A DNA stretch of 60,207 nt, counting the filler, from Dirinaria sp. TL-2023a (lineage: Eukaryota): NCBI GenBank assembly GCA_051941275.1. It is 3 parts of 3 records of this genome, joined end to end, with 100 filler letters (N's around TTAATTAATTAA, not from the genome) between each part and the next. Parts side by side here need not be neighbours in the genome. Positions count along the whole stretch, not along the records: positions 40,218 to 60,207 come from JAVEBF010000305.1; 2 more parts are not named here. One strand, written 5' to 3'. Positions 52,967 through 60,207 of this stretch are shown here, piece after piece; the stretch's first letter is position 1; each line of letters starts with the position of its first letter. The notes below the pieces were generated by a model. That model had not been told where the DNA came from. It was given only the letters and a program-made list of their open reading frames with translations, and searched no databases. The position numbers and the translations under genes are program-made.

Positions 52967-54370
52967 ATGTCTGATCTGATCATGCTTGGTGTCGATTCAG
53001 AGACGTCCGCTCAGGGCGTTCTGTCCCAAAGGGCTCACGAAGTAGCCGGGGCGGACTTGCCTGCGGCTGTTGAAAAGCCTTTACCGGAATCGCCTCAGCA
53101 GAGTCCTCCGGTCACTCCAGAAGCTCTGACCCATGCAGACTCCAACGATGATATTCAGCCGAGCTCGCAAACATCTGTTACGGACCTCAATAACGAAGAG
53201 TTAGAAAGCAGCCAAAAGGCCTCGAAAACACCAGACGACCATGTTCAGGGATCCGAACCGCCCGCATCTGGAAACCAAGCCAGCAGTGAAAGGCACAAAG
53301 AGATCACGGAGAAATATTCTAGCCTTTGGACGGACAAAGAGGAACAAGTGCATTTTTCTCCAAGCATCGAGAATTGTTGTACTGAATAACGCATTAGATT
53401 ATCACTAAGCCATTCGACTACGTCAAAGCCCTTCCGGGCAAGCATTTCCGTGCTCAAATTCTTCTGGCATTTAATGTCTGGCTTCAGGTAGATAAGGAAT
53501 CGCTCGGCGTCATCGATAAAGCAATCGAAATGCTTCACAATGCGTCCCTTCTGTATTTTCACCCAGCTCTCAGGATTTTAAAAGACATTGAAGGCTGATG
53601 CTCGCAGTATCGACGATATCCAGGATAGTTCTGACCTCCGGCGCGGATCACCAGCAGCCCATCGCATTTTTGGAACCGCGCAGAGCATCAACGCGGCCAA
53701 CTATATGTGTTTTATGGCTCAGCAGGAGCTGCTCAAACTGCAAAAACCAGAGGTGTTGCAGATATATCTTGAAGAAATCCTCAATGCCCACCGCGGCCAA
53801 GGTATAGAACTCTTCTGGCGGGATACTTTGACTGTCCCTACCGAAGAGGAATACCTTCTCATGGTCTCTAATAAGACCGGCGGATTGTTCCGGCTTGCAG
53901 CGAGGTTGATGCAAGCTGTCAGCCCTACGACGTACAACATATTGCCCGTAGCTGAGTTGGTAGGCCTGATGTTCCAGGTCCGTGATGACCATCGGAGCTT
54001 GAGCTGTGAGAAGGTACGTGACTTGTTGCAAAACGTTCAATTGTAAAGCTTACAATTGACGAATCAGATGAGCTCCGCCAAAGGCTTTTGCGAGGATCTG
54101 ACGGAGGGAAAGTTCTCATTCCCCATCATCCACTCCATTCGCACCAGCACCTCGAGCAACAATGAGGTTCTCAATATACTCAAGCTTCGTACAACCAACA
54201 GCGATCTCAAAGCTCATGCGGTGCAACATATGCATGCCGAGACCAAGAGCTTTGAGTATACCAATAACCGGCTGGGGGATTTTCATAAAGCGGCTCGGGA
54301 CCTGTTGACAGGCTTTGAGCTACGCAACGAGCAGCTGGGAGCTTTAGTCAAAATGTTGAGCTTGGCATAA
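52967..54370 (+). CDS. Geranylgeranyl diphosphate synthase (fungal type III-like trans-IDS); 4 exons
   Basis: KPFDYVKALPGKHFR, LHNASLL|IDDIQDSSDLRRGSPAAH (FARM), HRGQGIELFWRD, NKTGGLFRL, FQVRDDHRSL (variant SARM) and FCEDLTEGKFSFPIIH. Confidence 0.93.
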
Positions 54371-55218
54371 GCTCGGTTCCCATTTTATCTGTTGATAGTC
54401 AAATGGCATATTCAGTGCATCATTGGATCATAGACACAAATTCTCCACAGATTGCGATCCTTGAACCATCAGCGGGGTTGAAATGTCCGTACGATCTCGA
54501 TGGTGACCACGGACCTCTGAGAAAAGAAAAATTGAAAAAAACAGACAGGGAGGAGTTACAGTGCATGATGTGCCTCAGTAGCTAGGATTATAGGCGATCT
54601 CGCAGGATGCGGCACATGTCGACTTTGGGATAGCATGTGCGCCTTAATGTGCAAATCGCCAAGACAATGGCTGCATATGAAAGAATCTCCCGCACATTCC
54701 CTGTCTTGTAAATCATCAGATTTGGAAACACGAGCATATCGAATTCATCGAACATAGCCGGAGATGGCCGAAGGCAGATCCTTGGGAATGGAGACTAGAA
54801 GAAAGCGTATTCAACGGAGGCTGGGGATCGGATAGAATTACCTCGTACGGTGAGGTGCTGATCTGATTTTGACTCGCCCTTCGTTGGACGATTAGAGGCC
54901 TTTCAGCAGAGTCTCCACTTGACCAGCTGCGCTGCAGGCTGCAGTCCTGTTACACCTCATCCTGGCGATGCAGAAGTCTAGGCTTTTAGGCTCTTGTTCA
55001 TATAGTGGAAAGCGCTTGCAAGGTTCGACGCCACCTGTGGAACCTGTGGATGTTGCGAAAGTCCGAGCTACTCCCTTCAGTCGGCCCTTCTGTCTACCCC
55101 AATATGGACTTGGCCCACAGTAGCACGGGAGTTTGTCTCAGAGTTGCAAATGATTAAGTTTCTATCCTCTGCAAGGTGAGCCATCCCGTGCATAGAGCAT
55201 TGAGCTAGTGCTGCTATC

Positions 55219-55825
55219 CTAAGCTGATCGCTGCTTGTTCCGAGTCAAGGTAGAGCTGACCAAAGCCAGACCATCACCAGTCACACTCATCTGGGTAGTA
55301 ACAATCGCCATGCTCCCGGCAACAATTCCCTTGCCACCACATCTGTCGTGCTCTTTGAAATAGGTGCTGGATACGTAATTATACAGCTGCAAGACTTTCG
55401 CGAATGGCAGGAACGCCAAGTTGGATGCCGTGTCTTTCATGGTACTCGTGATCTTGCCCACGTCCTCCGTGATGATGGGAAAGCTTCCTTCGGCCTTGTT
55501 AAGTCCGCCTTCTGCCAAGGAATCGAGTCTGATAGCGTAGGGTTGGACATATTCGTATGGTCCCGATGCGTACGGCACAGCTGGGGCGACGATGGACTCA
55601 TAACCTTGGTTGGCTAGTGAGACGAGCCTGCCTCCTAAGGGATTGGATTTGAATGTATCGATTCCGGTGGAGATAGCCGGTAGGGAGGTCAAATGCTGGA
55701 AGTTGCATCAATGACTTCTCTATCCGAGAAATGTTGCGAAGGGGACATACGTTCAGGGATTTGGAGGAGGTAACGTCTCGATCGTCGGTTGGGCCAGTCA
55801 TGGTCGATTTGCTTGCTTGAGGCAT
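55219..55825 (-). CDS. Perilipin-like lipid-droplet protein (CAP20/MPL1 family); intron 55696-55750
   Basis: SKSLN|HLTSLPAISTGIDTFKSNPLG, PYEYVQPYAIRLDSLAEGGLNKAEGSFPII and YVSSTYFKEHDRCGGKGIVA resemble the fungal CAP20/MPL1 pattern as I recall it (HLxSYPxVxDxIxxFKSNPYG..PYxYVxPYxxKADSLxxxxLxKxDxxFP). About 183 aa. Confidence 0.85.
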
Positions 55826-56797
55826 ATGCAATGGATGAATCGGTCTATGCCTGCGAGGGACAAGGATAGGTCTCGGGGTTCTCGTGTCTTGATAGAACGT
55901 CTGCTGGTCGCAACAATGGATGCGCTGTTAGAGCGAGGAGTGGTCTGGCGATTTAGTGCTAAAAGCAAAAGGGGAGCACCCTTTATCAGCCATTTTCCTT
56001 GATTCCCATCCGAAGACAGTCTTCACGGGCCGGTGGACGTAATTAGGCGCCCAAGCGAGAACCATCAAGCCCGTCCACGTAGATCACACAGCATACATCA
56101 TGTACGATATAGTGTAAAGAGGCTTATGCGGAGTGATCCTACGCTATGACGCTGTATGATCATGTCTACAGTTTATGATCGGCAAAGCCGAAGCGAGCGT
56201 GGAGCGCCCAACTTGCATATCCCAACTTTAACTGGACGACGTAGCATCAAGCTACGCCGTTACAAGCGTACTCCACAATTGGAGAAACATCCGTGATCTA
56301 GATCTCCATAATTGTGCGCTGTGAGGTCATGTGTGGTCCTCTGCACTAGTGCTGACCTGCGTAAAAACGTCCTTAGGCCAACTTCCTTCCTGTTCTGGCC
56401 TTTTTCACGGGGATTCCGTCTCATCTCGCAGCAAATGGCCATATTCTCTTGCGTATACTTTGTCTAAAGGCGGCACATCGATGATGGGTTCGAGTGACTC
56501 TCGAGCCGTCCCGATGAGTTACAGCTGTCTCCACAAGCCCGGAAATCTATGCCATTTGTAGTGTGTGGTAATAGCATCACGAAAATGATCAATCCCACAC
56601 GGCGGCATGGTGTGCTCTGCGGATACAGATTCCAGAAACGGTCGTCCTTCTCAGGATTCTAAAAGCTACAAGAGTCAATACTGTTCCGCCAAGGTCAATC
56701 TCAGTCATGCTCTTCTTCTCAGATCTCATTCGAATCCTTTCACTCCTGTTCTGGGTCGCCATTCTCTGTCAAAAGCTATCTGAAGTCATAAGCAAAA

Positions 56798-58230
56798 ATG
56801 GCTCCCAGCTTCAATCAAACCATCGTTGATGAGTCGACCTTCGACGGCGTTCACACGATTATCATTCATCTGAGTCTTCCCCGACCACAAGGCATCGCGG
56901 CATCTCAGACATCCATCCATGAATCCAATGATGTCCTTAAACCACATCAAGGGGTATCCGTTGCTGGAACCTGCAGGGACGAACCAGTGACGGAGTTTGG
57001 CAACGAGGATCCAACCATCGAGGTTGATGGGGAGAAACTAGTCACCAATCGACACACAAATGGCTATCCCCAGAAGGCCCTCTACACTCCTGATGATCAG
57101 CCCCCTCCCTCGCGCTTCCAGCCTCAATGTCACCCTCGAGCTGATGAAGTCTGCGCCGAGCTTGACGCCTTCTTTGCCACTTACTGGCCTTGGGAGAATG
57201 AGAAGGCTCGACAGAAATTTGTTGCCGCAGACACCAATCGATGGGCCTGCTGGTCATTTCCCTTGGTGAGAGATGACCGTATAGTCAACGCGGTTAAGGT
57301 GGATACATTGTTGTTCCTCCTTGACGGTAAGCTGTCATGAATCCCAGCCTCTTTCCTTGAATCGAGTTGTGATTAACCTGTAATTTCAGACATTGCCGAG
57401 AGTATGTCGTTCGAGGAGGGGAAACTTTTCTACCAGCGCCTCATCCTACTTGCCCAAGGCAAATTCCTACCCGACCGAGAGAATCCTTATGAGTGGATTA
57501 CTTACGACACGTTTGCGAGTATGCGCGCCGATGACGAGGCTTTGACCGCGATCGTGCTGCGAGAAGCAATGTTGTGTGTCAACGCGCAGGTAGATGAAGC
57601 CCGCAACCACGTTGTCGGCATGGGCTCTCTGCTCAAGCAAAGGTACAAGGAGGGTGGTATAAAGTACTTGTTCCCTTTCAATCAACACATACCTCTCCTT
57701 TTCTTCGTTTCATGGCGGAAGAACTATTCAGAGATTCTCAGATCGTCAAGCACCATCAAATAAAATACTGACACACTATTCACAGATTTGTTGCAGCCGT
57801 TTTGCGCTATGGTATGAACCTCCACATCAGTGAAGCCAACCTCGAGAGCCTCAAGGACATTGAGGAATCCTACTCTCGTCTTGGGATCGTTGTCAACGAT
57901 ATTCACTCCTTCGAGAAGGAAGTACGTGCATACGCAAAGCACAAGTCGGAAGGTGCGAAAGTCTTGAACATGGTCCAGATGCAGGCTCTCGAAACCGGAG
58001 TAAGTTACGCATGCGCTAAACGAGTCCTTTGGGTGCTGTGCCGCGAATGGGAGTTGCAGCATATCGATTTGATCGGGCAAAGGGAGACGCAGTTGAATTT
58101 GGAGGGGCAAGAGGGGAAAGGTGAGAAGAACGAGGATTTGAGAATCTATATGAAGGCTCTGGAGTATACTATCAGTGGGAACGAGAAGTGGAGCGAGTAT
58201 ACAAAAAGGTATTACGAAGACCTTGATTAG
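56798..58230 (+). CDS. Class I terpene cyclase, aristolochene-synthase family; 3 exons (introns about 57327-57389 and 57664-57785)
   Basis: PPPSRFQPQCHP, W..EKARQKFVAA, LFLLD|DIAE (DDxxE), MSFEEG, NDIHSFEKE (NSE/DTE), AKRVLWVLCREWE and LEYTISGNEKWSEYTKRY (WxxxxxRY); colinear with A. terreus aristolochene synthase as recalled. Confidence 0.95.
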
Positions 58231-58775
58231 TGACACGATGACCGGATGGTGTCTTTTTTGTGTAGGCTGCAGACTTGATAGATGCTAGAACGAGCTTATA
58301 GTCTTTACCGTCAACCCATGTGGACAAATGGAAGAAAAGTTCTCTCTGTTTTCGAACCTATTCCAAGTCTTTGTAACGTGGTTGTCGAGTGTTATCAAGG
58401 AGGATCAACTCAGCGACTATGTATCGCTATTTTTAGCGCGGGTATTATGGATCTTCCATGTCTTAGCAGAATGTGTTGCGAAGAACATTCTCGATTCAAT
58501 GTAGCGTCGATCATAGAAATCAATCTCGATCCACAATGGATATTTTTACAGTGCTCTATCACTGCGGATAAAAAACACCCGCTGCAGATAAAACTTAAAA
58601 CAGGAATTATTTTGCGATAAGATTTCGCGTATATCATATCACGCTACGCGGGAAATCTTCATGCGCTGCGAGTTTCTATTATAGACGCTCGCTAAGCACA
58701 TATTTCTTTTTGATTTTCGCTACGCTCACACACCCTCTTTCTGATGTCACACATTCTTCCCCCCATCCTTTCTAT

Positions 58776-59238
58776 TGTCACACTCTGTATAATCGACTAG
58801 TCAAGGGTTATAATGCTTACTAGTTTACCTGGGTCAAAAGATCACAGTAATTATTGCAACTGCATTTTCATTGGAATAATATTACTATTATCACCTAACA
58901 TACTATAATTTGACACACGTGCGAAGGATCTCTCTCTCTCAGACATCGTATGACAATTATCTCTTTTTTAGAAATCACGTTCACGAGACTAGTGGAAAGT
59001 TTTGTCTCAGAGTCATTGACGATTTTTCTAACTAATAATGTATAAAACAAATTCTTAAAAATACATCTTGTGAGCTGTAATGACTCAAACATCTCGAGAT
59101 GTCGAACTCTGTCAAATATTTAATTTTAATCAGATAGATTTCTTATGATAGAAATCTCGACAGCGTCAAAAGATTAACTAAATCAAATCAGCGATTTGAC
59201 TTTTATCTTACTACTTAGTGATTTTTAAAGTCGTAACA
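58776..59238. mobile_element. AT-rich, RIP-like degraded repeat; probable LTR relic
   Basis: Starts TGTCACA and ends CGTAACA (imperfect terminal inverted repeat); about 460 bp, AT/TpA-rich, no credible ORF. Confidence 0.45.
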
Positions 59239-59717
59239 TGTCGCGACCCTAAGCTGTGACATACCTTTATGCGGTAGCCTGAGGAACAGGGACGCACCAT
59301 GATCAAGGAGGCGCATCTTCTTGACGCTTGGACTTGATGATCACGTGATCAGTTCAAGTAGTCCAAGAGGACCTGATGCTTAGACATCTTGATCAGTCCA
59401 AGTAGTCCAAGGGGACCTGATGCTTGAACATCTTGATCAGTCCAAGTAGTTCAAGGGGACCTGGTGCTTGGACATCTTGAACACTTAGCGCAGGAGGACT
59501 ACTATATAGATCTCCAACACGACGCCCTTCTGGCATCGTGTTCAATCTCAGTTAACTTGTCTACTACTGTTACAAGTACTAAGTACCTACCTTGTGTGAT
59601 ACTTGCCCTATCACGTTGACACCCGTTGCTCCTGGACTGGACCTCTCCAACAGACCAAACCCTAGCATCTCTTATTAGATACCTGGAAACCTAGGTTGAT
59701 AGTAGAAGACGCAACAG
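59239..59717 (+). mobile_element. Retrotransposon LTR, probably solo
   Basis: TGTCGCG...CGCAACA termini (6/7 inverted match), 479 bp, with an internal tandem array followed by a TATA-like CTATATAGA at about 59502. No matching TSD seen. Confidence 0.65.
59346..59477. repeat. Three tandem copies of a 44-bp unit inside the LTR
   Basis: Units start at 59346, 59390 and 59434; consensus TGATCAGTCCAAGTAGTCCAAGGGGACCTGATGCTTGGACATCT. Confidence 0.92.
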
Positions 59718-60207
59718 TTATCTAAAGGGGTAAAAAATAAAATCTACATTCGCTGCACACGAGAACACAAGTCGGACTTCAATGTTCATGCATTTTGTTA
59801 GGACCGGTGCAGAGCAAGTCAATGCAGGTATAGTTAACTAAGATATTATCACTAGGGAAAGAAGAAGGAAAGCTAGATACAATAGGAGGCCCCAGGTTTA
59901 TATGTGCGGGTGTCGGGTAAACACCCCGATCGGGTTAGCGCATAACCCCTGAGAACCATGGGAGGTGTTGCCCCAGGTAGTATACCAGGTGCATGCTCGT
60001 AACACGTCTCTCATCTTTTTCATTTTTCTTCACTCTTTTACACAGCGCAATGCTGCATCGCGTTTCACTCGATACTTCTTTATAAGATAGAAAACAGCAT
60101 CGTCGTCGTTGAGAACTCAATGTTTCAATTGATCGACATTGTTTATGATTTCGAGAGTGAGAATCTGATCTGCTCTCGAAGAAGTCTCTATCGAATCATC
60201 TGACAAC

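Noticed and set aside
59346..59477. Regularly spaced direct repeats that might suggest a CRISPR array
   Set aside because: Head-to-tail units with no unique spacers, in a eukaryotic LTR context with no cas genes.
40218..60207. Contig 3 as a Starship or other giant transposon
   Set aside because: The content looks like cargo, but no captain recombinase, element boundaries or target-site repeats are visible.

Overview
Intron-containing DNA of a filamentous ascomycete (Pezizomycotina; a lichen-forming lineage is plausible but cannot be shown from this sequence). The window is not one locus. It is three contigs of 20,019, 19,998 and 19,990 bp joined by two identical artificial 100-nt linkers (N44-TTAATTAATTAA-N44), so no synteny can be inferred across 20020-20119 or 40118-40217. 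Contigs 1 and 2 are mostly gene-dense core genome: HEM2, an ACC-synthase-like aminotransferase, a pseudokinase, flbE, gtaA, a p24 tail, SHM2, apsB, an F-box gene, a TSR4-RPA34-GRC3 ribosome-biogenesis trio, folliculin/LST7 and the start of eIF3k. Contig 3 is accessory-type DNA with pseudogenes, RIP-like decay and LTR relics. Its main feature is an apparently intact four-gene cassette (49684-58230) arranged as two divergent pairs: Sec14/CRAL-TRIO lipid carrier with a GGPP synthase, and a perilipin (CAP20/MPL1-like) with an aristolochene-synthase-family terpene cyclase whose pocket residues look altered. No oxidative tailoring enzyme or intact exporter is visible. I infer a possible 'make-carry-store' terpene system that deposits its product in lipid droplets. 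All family calls are by eye from motifs; no database searches were run.
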